Counted from the first letter of the stretch, positions 19,162 through 29,983 are shown. The stretch: 64,000 nt of DNA from a virus (IMGVR_UViG_3300038530_003085:1-64000); one strand, 5' to 3'. Notes: generated by a model from the letters alone, not told the origin. Translations and numbers: made by a program.

Positions 19162-19407
19162 TTAGTTGTCGTAAATTTTATCTGACTTATCACTACCAAT
19201 CATTGCAGAGGCAGATAAAGCGTCTTTTGGGTCTACCTTTTTAAAAACTAATGAATTTGTTTCTGGCTCAAAATACATACCAATAATATCATTTTTACTA
19301 ACAGCTTCAATTTCTTCTTGAGTTAATCTTAAAAGACCTCCGTTCTTCTTTACTATAGTTGCTAATATAGCAAATAGATACTCTGGGTCTTTCATGTATT
19401 TACTCAT
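19162..19407 (-). CDS. Hypothetical protein
   Basis: ORF in operon. Confidence 0.55.
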   Translation of the reverse strand: MSKYMKDPEYLFAILATIVKKNGGLLRLTQEEIEAVSKNDIIGMYFEPETNSLVFKKVDPKDALSASAMIGSDKSDKIYDN

Positions 19408-19939
19408 CTTTTTTAGCCTTATTCATTCTTTGTGTTTTACGCTTTGAAGCTTCTTTTCTTTGTTTTGCATAATCAAAAGATTTTTTAAGTCTTGCTTTTA
19501 CTTTTGGATCTTTAGCATTTTGATATGCTGCTCTTGCTCTTTGATGTATTAAATTAATAATTTGTGATTGACGTTTGTGTGATTTAGATTTAAAAGAGTC
19601 TTTTGAAAGTGTGTCTTTAATATCTTGAACAGTTGAGAACTTAACTGATACTGTGTCACTTGGGTTCTCGTCAGTATATAATCTTCGACCAGAACCTTTA
19701 GGCTTTTTTCCAGTACCCTTTTTTGGATCAGCTTCATATAAATCAGCACTTTCATTCTTGCGCTTCTTGCTTTTCTTTTTCTTAACGCAGTTTGGATATC
19801 GTTTCCCAAACATTGTTTTCATACCTTTTTTCTCGTAACCTTTCCAACATTTCTCTAAAAGAGTTAACGTACCAATTGTCTCTTCCAAAATAATTTCTTT
19901 AAGTTCTTCTTCTGATATATTTTCAAGTAGGTGTTTCAT
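19400..19939 (-). CDS. Basic modular protein, probable head-internal protein
   Basis: CWKGY..PNCVK and DPKKGTGKKPKGSGRRLYTDENP modules separated by LLE/LYE motifs. Confidence 0.65.
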   Translation of the reverse strand: MKHLLENISEEELKEIILEETIGTLTLLEKCWKGYEKKGMKTMFGKRYPNCVKKKKSKKRKNESADLYEADPKKGTGKKPKGSGRRLYTDENPSDTVSVKFSTVQDIKDTLSKDSFKSKSHKRQSQIINLIHQRARAAYQNAKDPKVKARLKKSFDYAKQRKEASKRKTQRMNKAKKDE

Positions 19940-20415
19940 TTTATAGGGCCCCCACCTATCCAAGCATCACAAACTCTTGCACCTGCGCACTTGAACCAGA
20001 AAAACTCACAGAATCCTACGTCTGCATTTTCTACGATGGTTTTGCCTTCTTCACCAATACCTTTTTCGATTTTTGCTAAAGTGCTTTTTCTTTGGTCAAA
20101 CGCTCCACAATTAGCACATCTAGATGCTTTGGCAGCTTCTACAGTTGTATCCCACATCTCAGCTTTATCTTCCCAGAACTCTTTGGAACCCTCTTCATCG
20201 TCTGGATTCAAAGGCCCATAACGATATTCTTTAATGGTATGATTTCTGTTTAATGTGTTGAGTTCTAAATCTGTTAAGGCATCTTCGGGCTTAACCTTCT
20301 TGCCTTCAATTTCTTTTTCTTTTTGTAACGCGGCAGGTGTATTATTATCACCCCAGTCAGAAAGTTTACTACCTTCGGTAATAAATTTACGCCAGCTTTC
20401 AAATAAAAGTTTCAT
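19936..20415 (-). CDS. Cys-containing hypothetical protein
   Basis: MKLLFESWRKFITE leader; YGPLNP, CANC..GFC..FKCAGARVCDAW. Confidence 0.65.
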   Translation of the reverse strand: MKLLFESWRKFITEGSKLSDWGDNNTPAALQKEKEIEGKKVKPEDALTDLELNTLNRNHTIKEYRYGPLNPDDEEGSKEFWEDKAEMWDTTVEAAKASRCANCGAFDQRKSTLAKIEKGIGEEGKTIVENADVGFCEFFWFKCAGARVCDAWIGGGPIK

Positions 20416-22880
20416 AATTTTAAATAGTCCTTCCAAGTTGAAATGATCGATTCATTTGTTTGCATTGATGCAGGCTGTCGTGCTTTGATTGCTTGTGCCA
20501 TCACTCTCCTATATACAACGTTAAGGTTGTCTTCATCGTCCATATCACCCTCTACAAGCTCTTGAAAAAGTCCAGCCATAATATCAGGCTCGTCAATATT
20601 TATCGAGAACACAGTGGTAAATTTGATGCTTCCGCCGGTCTCTACAGTTCTTGCATCCATTTGTAGATAATACTGTGTGTTCTCAGCCTTTCTGGGCTCT
20701 TCTAATAATTGTCTTCTCAACTCAATTCTAAAATCACGAGAATCTGTGATTTGTTTTAACACATCAAGACTAACACCAAATTCTTCAGGGTCATAATAAA
20801 AAGTATTGCTTGCGGTGGATTCATAAGACTCACTGTATTGTCCATCAGTTTCCAAATCCCACTCATATGACGTCAAATCTCTGTCTTCAATTTGCATTGC
20901 TAAATTAACATAGGCACCACCTTCCATCTGACCTTCTCTTCTAAAGTATTCAATCAATATTGCTTCAAATGCATCTCTTCTGTCATCGATTAGTGAATCA
21001 ATTTTTTGAAGTGCTTCCTCGTACTCTTCTGGTAAAGCCATATATGAACCGCCGGCGATTGCTGGATGTTCAAAATTAATTTGAATAGTCAAGTGTATTT
21101 CTTCGCGAACACGACGAATTGTTGGTGTATCTCTATCTGAGGGCACAAAAATATCACCATATAAATCAGTTATAGCCTCAACAGAATTCCACACGACTTC
21201 TTCTGCATTACTTGGAAGTCTTTTCCAGTCATTTACATCAAATTTAGCAATAAATGCAGCATAAGGTCTAATATAAGCACCTTCACCGCCATCATCTTGA
21301 ACTTCATAGTCAGAATATGTCTGAGCCATTCTGTTATTATAATCGTTCATTATTTGTTCACACTGTGCTTCATACTGTGCGATAATGTCGCCAACTAAAT
21401 TAGCATCAATACTATCTTCTGTATCTGTGTTCTGCTTCATTGAGCCTTCGACTTCTATATCAGCACCTAAAAGTTGCTGCATTAGTTTAAGTCTACCGGA
21501 TGCACCGGCAGTATCTTCGTATGAACCACCAAAAATCGTAAACCTATTTAAGTTAACCTTGCCATCTTCTCTTGGCATATTTTGGATAACTTCTTCTTGA
21601 GTAGATCTTGCCCAGTCTGTGACTGTATCTGCTATACCGGGGATGTCAGCACCGTAGACTCTTTTTTCTGGCATACCGACATCTTGTCCGTCATCGTATC
21701 GTTTTGGTGTGTCAGTGTCATAATAACGAACATGTCGAACTCTAAGTCTTGAAAGTGGATTTAAATCACCTGTAAACGGTCTTTTATCGTCGGCAAATAT
21801 TTCACCTTCTTGAATTTCTTGTTCTGCACTGTTTATATTTCCTGTGTTAGTGGCGCTCAGAAGGTCTTCAGTCTCAACCACGTATGCTACCGCTCCGTGA
21901 CCCTGAGCCTCGGCTACAGCGCATTTATAGTAGGATTGATAGGCATTTGTACGGCTAGCAGGTGAATGACACGATGTAATCTGGTCAAAATCACTCATTC
22001 TAAGCACATCGATAGGATGTCGGGTAATAATAATTGAAAATTTGTCATTATCGAGGTTATTAATCTCTTTTTTGATGAACGCGGCGTTCTTTTTCCAATA
22101 TTCGCCGTATTTAGTGGCTAAATCAGTTAAATTATAGCCTGCAGGTCCAGCAACTCCCGGATTTACGACATATAAGTAAATTTGATTGTTAATTCTCTTA
22201 AAATTCTCCAATTCTTTCTCATCGAGTGCTGCTTTGAGCATTTTTCCGGTAACTCGGTTTGGTGTATTAATTGGCAGGCCAGATGCTAGCTTGTAATTAA
22301 TACCCTCCATATATTTGTATACTTTTTGGTATATTTCGTCTTTTCTTCGGCTTAAATCCGCTAATTTGGAGAAAAGCTTGCCGATTTTCATCTGAATCTT
22401 CTTAGTTTTCTTCTTTGGTTCAGGTCCACCCATCAAATTATCAAGAAAATCGTCAGATGTACGTATATCTCGCTCGGCATACACCATACCTTTATCCCAA
22501 TCTACTTCATATTCTTGAGATCTAAAGAATTCTGCGAACTTTCCAAGTTCTGTTGACTGATCAATGGTTGGAAACGGTATAACAACTCGCATTTTACCGC
22601 TAAAAAGGTCATTTAAAGGTAAATTTGCCGGGTCAAGGTCGTCTAAAACATCTTCAAGGACTCTCAACTCGTCTTCTTCGATTTCACGAAGGATAGATTC
22701 GTTTTTTCGTTCACCTTTTTTGGATCTTGATCGTTGATTTTTGCAAAATTGCTTCATTGTGAACCCTTTTGGGTTATCACACTTCTTTCTTCGTTTAGCT
22801 CTTTCAGATTTAGAGAACTTTTCGTCTAAATTATCTAAAATAGCAGCAGTTTTTGCTAAAATTTGCTCATCTGTAAGCAT
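20412..22880 (-). CDS. Large hypothetical protein (822 aa), probable virion-associated
   Basis: Basic CDNPKGFTMKQFC module, then ITRHPIDVLRMSD..SCH domain. Confidence 0.7.
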   Translation of the reverse strand: MLTDEQILAKTAAILDNLDEKFSKSERAKRRKKCDNPKGFTMKQFCKNQRSRSKKGERKNESILREIEEDELRVLEDVLDDLDPANLPLNDLFSGKMRVVIPFPTIDQSTELGKFAEFFRSQEYEVDWDKGMVYAERDIRTSDDFLDNLMGGPEPKKKTKKIQMKIGKLFSKLADLSRRKDEIYQKVYKYMEGINYKLASGLPINTPNRVTGKMLKAALDEKELENFKRINNQIYLYVVNPGVAGPAGYNLTDLATKYGEYWKKNAAFIKKEINNLDNDKFSIIITRHPIDVLRMSDFDQITSCHSPASRTNAYQSYYKCAVAEAQGHGAVAYVVETEDLLSATNTGNINSAEQEIQEGEIFADDKRPFTGDLNPLSRLRVRHVRYYDTDTPKRYDDGQDVGMPEKRVYGADIPGIADTVTDWARSTQEEVIQNMPREDGKVNLNRFTIFGGSYEDTAGASGRLKLMQQLLGADIEVEGSMKQNTDTEDSIDANLVGDIIAQYEAQCEQIMNDYNNRMAQTYSDYEVQDDGGEGAYIRPYAAFIAKFDVNDWKRLPSNAEEVVWNSVEAITDLYGDIFVPSDRDTPTIRRVREEIHLTIQINFEHPAIAGGSYMALPEEYEEALQKIDSLIDDRRDAFEAILIEYFRREGQMEGGAYVNLAMQIEDRDLTSYEWDLETDGQYSESYESTASNTFYYDPEEFGVSLDVLKQITDSRDFRIELRRQLLEEPRKAENTQYYLQMDARTVETGGSIKFTTVFSINIDEPDIMAGLFQELVEGDMDDEDNLNVVYRRVMAQAIKARQPASMQTNESIISTWKDYLKL

Positions 22881-22881
22881 A

Positions 22882-24474
22882 TTACCACTTCTTGCAAGAC
22901 CAATAACGTGCTTTTAACTTAGAGCCGGGGTTCTTGCAGTTATGACGGGCTCTAAATGACTTTCTACGTGCTGGAGAGTCCTTTTTAATCTCCATATTTG
23001 CATCACCATACCGAATAATTTTCTCTGTTCCGCCTTCACATGCCTTTACAACAAACTTTTTCTTGCCATATCCAGCCTCACCCTTGCGAATTCGTCTTGA
23101 TGAGTTACATTTCATACGATCTTTGGCAGATTTCTTCTTTTTCTTCTTTTCATCAAGCACTGCTTCCATCTCTTCTTTAACCATTATGATAATTTTTTCA
23201 CCATTTTTGCCATATGTTCTGCAAGGATTGCTTCCGCAGCCACAATTAGGAGACTCGGTGATAGTTTCGTCCTCTCTTAACTCACTATCATCAGAATCAT
23301 CAACAATTTTTTGTATTTTATCAGCTTGACCAGCGTGTAATTTAGATGCTTTTTTAAGTTGTCCGGCAATATCTTGCAAAGTTTCCTCGTCTTCTTTAGA
23401 GTGCGACTCATCTAATTCATCATTTGGCGAACGATCAATAATATCTTGTATATCATCTGCTTGTTCGCCGTGCATTTTAGATGATTTTCTTAAAGCTTTC
23501 GCAATATCCTTTAGCTTTTCTTCATCTTCCTTACTGTGTGATTCATTTAATACCTCAAAAATAGTATTTTGAATTTCAATTTCTAAAGATTCCTTTTTAG
23601 AATTGCCCCAATTCTTAGCACCAACTTTACGACACTTGACTAATGCACCAGAGGCGTAAGCACTTGGCCAAACTTTATAGCGTGATTTAACTTTATAATA
23701 ACAGGCGTCTCTTTTAGCAGTTTTCTTTTTCTTCTTTTTACGTTTTTCGTCTAAGACGGCTTCAAGTTCCTCTTTGACTATTTCTTCAAGACCTTTAGCC
23801 GGCTTCATCGCTGACCGGTCGAAACCTAAATTAGTTGCTGGTTTTGTATCTGGCATACCGGCATCAGCAAATTCTTCGTAGCTCATTTTAGATTCCATAT
23901 CTTTAATTGCTTGTTGAGCCACTTCTTTAGCTAACTTTAAACGGTCTTCATCTGATATATTCTGCACAGCCCTTTGAGCTTCCTCATCACTTTCTGGTTT
24001 TCTACCCAATAATTTGGTTGCCAGTGCGAATACAAGTGTGGTTGCAAGAATTGCTGTGCCCATGCCCTCATTAACTTGCTTGAGTTCTTCTCTGATCATT
24101 TGTTCTAAATCCATGTACAATTCCTCGTTTTTCTTTTTAGATTTTTTCTTACGGCCGCCTTTTTGTGGATCAGTTTTGACGTAAGTTGGCTTTGCAGCGC
24201 CTCTTTTTTTAGTTTGGCCGGGATCTTTCCTTCTCTTACGGCGCCCAGCAGACTCTCTTTCTTTTTTAGTCATACTTTTGTATTTTTTTCGGGACACACA
24301 TTTGGGTGTTGTCTTTTGACCCGGCTGTCGCGCACAAGGTTTACCATCATACTTACCGCCAGCTTGTCTCCAACCACCACCTTTAAACCATTGACGAAGA
24401 CCTTCTTCATCCAACGACTCTTCATCAAGTGTTATTTCGTCAATAGAACCGTATAAATCATCCATTTTTATCAA
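22882..24474 (-). CDS. Modular basic/acidic polyprotein-like head protein with internal duplication
   Basis: Modules GLRQWF..., DACYYKVKSRYKVWPSAYASG..., RRKSFRARHNC..ARYWSC; twin ESHSKEDEE units; repeated KEE.EAVLDEK. Confidence 0.7.
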   Translation of the reverse strand: MIKMDDLYGSIDEITLDEESLDEEGLRQWFKGGGWRQAGGKYDGKPCARQPGQKTTPKCVSRKKYKSMTKKERESAGRRKRRKDPGQTKKRGAAKPTYVKTDPQKGGRKKKSKKKNEELYMDLEQMIREELKQVNEGMGTAILATTLVFALATKLLGRKPESDEEAQRAVQNISDEDRLKLAKEVAQQAIKDMESKMSYEEFADAGMPDTKPATNLGFDRSAMKPAKGLEEIVKEELEAVLDEKRKKKKKKTAKRDACYYKVKSRYKVWPSAYASGALVKCRKVGAKNWGNSKKESLEIEIQNTIFEVLNESHSKEDEEKLKDIAKALRKSSKMHGEQADDIQDIIDRSPNDELDESHSKEDEETLQDIAGQLKKASKLHAGQADKIQKIVDDSDDSELREDETITESPNCGCGSNPCRTYGKNGEKIIIMVKEEMEAVLDEKKKKKKSAKDRMKCNSSRRIRKGEAGYGKKKFVVKACEGGTEKIIRYGDANMEIKKDSPARRKSFRARHNCKNPGSKLKARYWSCKKW

Positions 24475-24916
24475 ATCCTGCTATTTTTAAAGCTTTCTCC
24501 AATAAATAGATCGGAAATTCTGTATTTTCAATGTCTTTTATCTGTTCAATAGTGGCCCATTTCCAATCATCATGTTCAATTTCATTGGTTATTGGGTTTG
24601 GTTTGTCAACGTTCACACGTCCAGTCCACTTCAAAGTCAAAAAATAATGTTTTTTAGGTTTTGGTTCCCCAAGATAAATTAAATCAGAAGTATCACATAG
24701 TAAATCTGTTTCTTCATCTAGTTCGCGAACAGCACCTGCTTCAACTGAACGGTCCTTATCGTCAATATGTCCACCCGGTATTGTCCATTGGCCTCCCCTC
24801 TCATCTATATTAGACCGTCTTAAAATTAGAAACCGTTGCTTGTCATCAAGACAAACAACGATCCCAACTGTTTTTAACTCCTTTTCAGTTAAAAATTTGT
24901 TCCATTTATAATTCAT
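24458..24916 (-). CDS. Nudix hydrolase
   Basis: WTIPGGHID......GAVRELDEETDL Nudix box. Confidence 0.88.
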   Translation of the reverse strand: MNYKWNKFLTEKELKTVGIVVCLDDKQRFLILRRSNIDERGGQWTIPGGHIDDKDRSVEAGAVRELDEETDLLCDTSDLIYLGEPKPKKHYFLTLKWTGRVNVDKPNPITNEIEHDDWKWATIEQIKDIENTEFPIYLLEKALKIAGFDKNG

Positions 24917-25653
24917 TTACACGCTTTATAGCCTTTAACGCTACCTCTGCAAAAAGCATCGAGAGCAGTATTAATGTCAATGTTCCTAATTGGAGCAACC
25001 CAAATTAAATTTTCTTGAATTTGCACTCCATAAGAATATTGCACATCAACACCATATAGTATACCAACTAATTCACCATCTGTGTTGTAAACTCCAGAGC
25101 CCGAACATCCAAACCAACCATAGGTGTTAACGATTAGTTGAGTGCCAGAACCTACTAATTCTTCATACCCTACAATTCTACCGTTAAACGACATTAACTT
25201 GTGCCAAGACGGATGACCTGAGTAAACAATATCCGTGCCGATTTCATATTTTTTGGTTGGCTTCCAAGGCATAGCTTTTAAATATCTAAATGGTGTTGAT
25301 ACAACTAAGACTGCGATATCGTGCTCGCGGCTTTGATAAATAAGTGTAGCATTTCTTTGTTCGTGTTCGTTGGCCACTAAATAACTTGAGCCTAAAACCC
25401 CATCAGCCACGTGTTTAGCGGTCAATACTAATGTTAAATCTTTATATTGTACGACAGTGCCACTACCGTGACCTCCTCCGGCAACCACCTTGACGGCTGC
25501 ACCTCGAACTTTTTTCTCAACAACAGTTAAAGATTTATTAATTTTTTCAATTGGTTGTTTTGGCTTATAGCCATCTGCAGCCACACTATTAGTGTTAATT
25601 GTAATCATAGAGCACAAACAAGCGGCTACAAAATATTTAAGTAACTTTTTCAT
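24913..25653 (-). CDS. Secreted trypsin-like serine protease
   Basis: Signal peptide; LTAKH, DIAVL, GCSGSG triad motifs. Confidence 0.85.
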   Translation of the reverse strand: MKKLLKYFVAACLCSMITINTNSVAADGYKPKQPIEKINKSLTVVEKKVRGAAVKVVAGGGHGSGTVVQYKDLTLVLTAKHVADGVLGSSYLVANEHEQRNATLIYQSREHDIAVLVVSTPFRYLKAMPWKPTKKYEIGTDIVYSGHPSWHKLMSFNGRIVGYEELVGSGTQLIVNTYGWFGCSGSGVYNTDGELVGILYGVDVQYSYGVQIQENLIWVAPIRNIDINTALDAFCRGSVKGYKACK

Positions 25654-25671
25654 TATTTTATTCCTTTAATT

Positions 25672-26688
25672 TTAAGAGCCAGAGTCTACAGCGCCCGTAT
25701 CTAACTCAATATATCTATATCCTATTTCAACTAATGACCCAGCAGTTGGTATAATAGTAAAATAAACGGTGTTATCTGATTCTTGATAATACCAGTCATG
25801 ATTAAGTATTCCATCGATGAATACTCTTATTGAATCCTCCTCAGCTTTATGAGTTAATTCTTTTTTTTCATAAGGTTCAATTGAGTGAGTTGCGTCGGTA
25901 ACACCGGGTGTCCAGTCCTCACTGCATATGTCAAGAATAACACCACTTAACATATTGGTTGCCTCTCGATACCTTTTCCCAACATAGTGTCCGGGCACCC
26001 ATCCGCCACATAAAGAATCTTCAGGCTCAACATTAATAATACTTGCCATAAAAACTGAGCCCATTCTCCTAGAACTGTACCAATCCATAAAATCTGAAAC
26101 GGCGGGATATTCAATAATACTTTGTTCATCTTCATCGGAGACAAATACAACGAGTAGCCCCGCGTCAGGACGCATCCAAGTGTTCGAGTAAGGGTTATTA
26201 ACAATATAATCGTAAACCGCGTTGAAACCCTCCTCAAACGGCGCACTAATAAGTGTTGTTAGCATATCTCTCGCATCATCAGCATCATCTCCCGGTACCA
26301 GAGGGAACTCGGTGCTTGTGATAGCTTTGCGCGGGTCAGCGCTAATCATTACCAATCTCCAATCAGATGTTGGTAACGCAGCAATCATAGCTTCCACGCC
26401 GGCAATTAATCTATCATTGTGTGTTGCCATTGACCCAGACCGGTCAATTACCCAAATAATGTCAATACCGTCAACCGACATATGTTGTGTAAATGAATCA
26501 ACCCAAATAATACCCTCATTAACAGGTACTTCTACTTCAACATATACAGGTACTTCAACTTCGACCGGAACTTCTACAAGTACCTCAACTTCAATTTGTT
26601 CTCTAATTGTTCGATCTTCAGATTGATCACCAATACGATAATCGGTATAGCACGACAGCATACCAATAATGAAAATTATTAACCCCAC
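25672..26688 (-). CDS. vWA-domain lipoprotein (GTG start after GGAGG)
   Basis: MLSC lipobox-like signal; VEVPVEV linker; IDRSGSM MIDAS; VSDEDE. Confidence 0.75.
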   Translation of the reverse strand: MGLIIFIIGMLSCYTDYRIGDQSEDRTIREQIEVEVLVEVPVEVEVPVYVEVEVPVNEGIIWVDSFTQHMSVDGIDIIWVIDRSGSMATHNDRLIAGVEAMIAALPTSDWRLVMISADPRKAITSTEFPLVPGDDADDARDMLTTLISAPFEEGFNAVYDYIVNNPYSNTWMRPDAGLLVVFVSDEDEQSIIEYPAVSDFMDWYSSRRMGSVFMASIINVEPEDSLCGGWVPGHYVGKRYREATNMLSGVILDICSEDWTPGVTDATHSIEPYEKKELTHKAEEDSIRVFIDGILNHDWYYQESDNTVYFTIIPTAGSLVEIGYRYIELDTGAVDSGS

Positions 26689-26951
26689 ATTAAATCCTCC
26701 GTTTATAAACTTGCCATTAGTAATTATGTCGTTATTCATCTTCTCGACGAAGAAGTGCAAAACTTAATAAAAGCATATTGCAGAGTGACAATATTTCTAA
26801 ATCAAACCAGTCATTCATACTTGCGTATATGAAAAGCCAAATATTGGCCAAAAAGGCGGCCACGACAAAAGGAAACAGTATTTTGATTAGTTTGTTTAAT
26901 TTGTCCACTATTGTAACTACAGAATGATATATTCAAAACCGAAATTTTTTT

Positions 26952-27251
26952 CTAAATTTTTTCTTGTTTATTATTACCGCTAATCGAGTGATGTATATAA
27001 ATTCCTATCGCAATAGACATCTTTAATCCGTATTCTTCCACATATGTTGTTCCCGTAAACGCATGAAACTCGTCATTGGTGCTTACCCAATAAACTTTCC
27101 AAAATTTTGATTTGTAGTAATAACCAGCAATGTGAGGATCCTCCTCGGGCTCCATTAAAATACCAATGGTGCCTATAAGTTCATCCACCAGCATATCACC
27201 GGCTTGCAATTCAAGTTTATTCGCCTCAGTCCTTAAATCAGTATCGTCCAC
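26952..27251 (-). CDS. Small SH3/KOW-like protein
   Basis: LQAGDMLVD..IGIL..WKVYW. Confidence 0.55.
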   Translation of the reverse strand: MDDTDLRTEANKLELQAGDMLVDELIGTIGILMEPEEDPHIAGYYYKSKFWKVYWVSTNDEFHAFTGTTYVEEYGLKMSIAIGIYIHHSISGNNKQEKI

Positions 27252-27254
27252 AAC

Positions 27255-27569
27255 TTATTTGACTTCCATTGAGCTTGAGTGCGGGTTATTCTCGTCTATT
27301 ATGACCACTATTCCAGCTTTGATCAAATTAAGCAACCCGGACTCAGAGTACATAACGCGACCATCTTTAGACCACACACTATCCCACACCCAAGTGATGT
27401 AATGCTCCGACTCCCACACTAAATCATATGGTATGCTATATGAATCATCATTATAGTAATGGGCCTCTCTTGTCGAGAAACGTCGAACAAGTATACCAAT
27501 ACTCTTGGTATCAACATCATACAACGTCATACCCTCGACCAAAACTTGGCCGGCGTTTTTGTAACCCAT
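27255..27569 (-). CDS. Small SH3/KOW-like protein, related to its neighbour
   Basis: EGMTLYD..IGILV..W..VW..E.GL. Confidence 0.55.
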   Translation of the reverse strand: MGYKNAGQVLVEGMTLYDVDTKSIGILVRRFSTREAHYYNDDSYSIPYDLVWESEHYITWVWDSVWSKDGRVMYSESGLLNLIKAGIVVIIDENNPHSSSMEVK

Positions 27570-27587
27570 ACTTTAACTAGGGCTAAT

Positions 27588-27827
27588 TTATAACTTGTAC
27601 CAATTTTGACGTAACTTGATGCACTCAAATAGTGCTTTCTTCTTGTCGCTCTCTTTAACGTTAACTAAATTACAAGTATCAATAGGTGTGTATGGCTCAA
27701 TGTGCTCAGTAGCATCGTCTATTTTTTTGACGTAAGGTGACTGTAGGTCCTTAATCTCGCAATAGTCCAAATTGACAGACGTATTAACATTGCTAGCCAT
27801 ATAAACATATGCAATCAATTTTAACAT
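27588..27827 (-). CDS. Hypothetical protein
   Basis: AAGGA SD; late-type motif upstream. Confidence 0.5.
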   Translation of the reverse strand: MLKLIAYVYMASNVNTSVNLDYCEIKDLQSPYVKKIDDATEHIEPYTPIDTCNLVNVKESDKKKALFECIKLRQNWYKL

Positions 27828-27860
27828 TAATTAATCCTTAAAACGTGTATAAGTAGTGGT

Positions 27861-28106
27861 TTAAATTTTAATTCTATCAATAATATACGGGTGCTGAATC
27901 GATAAATCTTTGTATAGCTTTTTAAGCACCGATTTAGTGATATCCCCAATATCATCCTTCACTGACTTCGACTTAAGCACCTTTTCAACTTCATCTTCCA
28001 CCATAGACTTAAGTTCTTTTGATATCATACGCTTAACTTCGTCCTTATCGGATTTCGTTAATTCTTCGTATATGATTTGTTTTAATCTTTTTCTAGTGAT
28101 AACCAT
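27861..28106 (-). CDS. Hypothetical protein, probable head-associated
   Basis: ITRKRLKQIIYEE leader; ACTATTTA upstream. Confidence 0.6.
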   Translation of the reverse strand: MVITRKRLKQIIYEELTKSDKDEVKRMISKELKSMVEDEVEKVLKSKSVKDDIGDITKSVLKKLYKDLSIQHPYIIDRIKI

Positions 28107-28137
28107 GTTATTTCTACCACTGTAAATAGTTCAATGC

Positions 28138-28425
28138 CTACTCAAGTTCATCATAAAAGTACGCTTTTGTCAAATTATGCGATGAGCACGTGCGTATGTA
28201 ACCACTTTTCACGTGCATTATTTTGAATAACTGATGTCTACCATACGGCTTCATATCCCATTGGGCATTATTTTCTTCAACTATGATAGCCAATTTATCA
28301 TCTTGATCCGTTTCTACAAACTTCCAATTTACCGCATCTGGTGGAATTACGTATGTATCGTGGTAATACACCAAATCACCCAACTTGAATTCTCGATATC
28401 TTCTTGTGTCTTCTGTAAATGCCAT
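28138..28425 (-). CDS. Small SH3/KOW-like protein
   Basis: FKLGDLVYY. Confidence 0.55.
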   Translation of the reverse strand: MAFTEDTRRYREFKLGDLVYYHDTYVIPPDAVNWKFVETDQDDKLAIIVEENNAQWDMKPYGRHQLFKIMHVKSGYIRTCSSHNLTKAYFYDELE

Positions 28426-28445
28426 ATAGCTAATTCACATTGCGT

Positions 28446-28688
28446 TTAGACCGCTTTTCTAAGTCTACGTATGGTATGCATCCATATTCGTTCCTTAACG
28501 CCCTCGTGTGGAAATACGACCCAATATACTTTTACCATATCCATACCCGGATGATCATCACTAGCATCGTATAATTGTATAATCATAGCCAATCCCCCGT
28601 GGCAAGAACAAGTCACTAAGTCTCCGACTTTGAAGTTGTGCTTGGGTGGTATCTCGAAGTACTTGTATAGTCTCTCCTTATATCCCAC
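28446..28688 (-). CDS. Small SH3/KOW-like protein
   Basis: FKVGDLV..VKVYW. Confidence 0.55.
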   Translation of the reverse strand: MGYKERLYKYFEIPPKHNFKVGDLVTCSCHGGLAMIIQLYDASDDHPGMDMVKVYWVVFPHEGVKERIWMHTIRRLRKAV

Positions 28689-28704
28689 AATGTGCCCTCA
28701 TAGT

Positions 28705-29469
28705 AACTATCTGGGAAAATTTTTAGGCGCATTTTTCGGAAGGTCAAATATCTCAATTTTTTACAGCCGTATCGAAAACGTACTTAGCCGGCCTGTCAGC
28801 ACTGTCGCATATGTAGAGACATACATTCGGGTAGGTAGGGGGTAGGGGGGTACTACTTCCTCATTGTCTGCTTTCAAACTGGCATATGCTTAAGTGTCTT
28901 TTACTGTATTATTTATTATTACTCTCGCGACTGTCTCTCACATGCCACTTCACATAGTCAAACAATAGGCCGGCATAGATGTAAGCAAACACTGGCACAA
29001 AAGGCAGGAACAAACTGCAATCTGCTAGTCTCTGTCGTCTGGTCTTCTTCTTACTCATACTGTAACTATTACCTATTTGTTTTTGTACTCTCGCGCACAT
29101 TCCGAGGGGGCCGGAAAGTTTTGTCGCAAACTATATGCGACGTGTGACAAGCGTTATGTCTATCTTTTATGTATTACCCTCGCGCGCATATCCGTCACGT
29201 TTGTCACATATGTATCACGCAAGTGCGACAAGCGCAACAAACATCACGGCAAACAATACCGCGCCGGCATTGTCGGCAAAATCCCCATCAAACCTCATCA
29301 ATCTCTCCTCCATCATAATCGGACATAATATGACTTGACACTTGACAATGCACAAATCACACGTATACTAAACACCAGCATAAAACCAGCACAACTAAAA
29401 CATTACAACATAAAACATAAGTGTATCAAATAATATACACGTATCAAAATGTATACACCACAAAACACA
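28705..29469. other. Mostly non-coding region, candidate replication origin or packaging/terminus region
   Basis: A/T tracts, G-run 28829-28850, inverted repeats, strongly G-poor plus strand 29340-29470, plus-strand promoter-like TTGACA-N16-TATACT. Confidence 0.4.
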
Positions 29470-29691
29470 CTAAGTCATTTCATACACATTCTCTACTTCA
29501 CTATCATCTACTACTTTAATATACAATCTGTCTACCACTACACAAGACACTCTCTGTAAACACTTTAATGAGTTATTATACAACGTATAGTTGTCATTGT
29601 CTTTATCAACTACAACACAATGACCTTTGACTGAACTTTTTTTACTGTATCTACTGATGAGTTCTCCGGGTTTAAACATTGATATCACCAA
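29470..29691 (-). CDS. Small SH3/KOW-like protein (start probably MFKPG)
   Basis: FKPGELIS..GHCVVV. Confidence 0.5.
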   Translation of the reverse strand: MVISMFKPGELISRYSKKSSVKGHCVVVDKDNDNYTLYNNSLKCLQRVSCVVVDRLYIKVVDDSEVENVYEMT

Positions 29692-29983
29692 ACTCTTTAT
29701 TTGATTCCTCGGTCATTTGTGCAAGGTCCGCCATTGTGAGCTTTACAGTTTTTCTATATTTGTTCTGTTCTCGCATCAGTTTATTGTATCGCTTCTTATC
29801 GTACTTGTTGATGTGAAGGTTCTTGATGCCCAGTCGTTCCAGTCGCTTCTTGAAGTTAACGATATTCACCAGCAAAGCAGAGTTATTGTCGACACGAGAA
29901 TCAGCGCGGGTCAGAATAACCTCGCGACCTTGTAGCTTCCCATCAATCTCTTCAATGACTGTTTGTGTAATATAATACTTCAT
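29672..29983 (-). CDS. Hypothetical protein
   Basis: 103-aa ORF. Confidence 0.6.
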   Translation of the reverse strand: MKYYITQTVIEEIDGKLQGREVILTRADSRVDNNSALLVNIVNFKKRLERLGIKNLHINKYDKKRYNKLMREQNKYRKTVKLTMADLAQMTEESNKEFGDINV

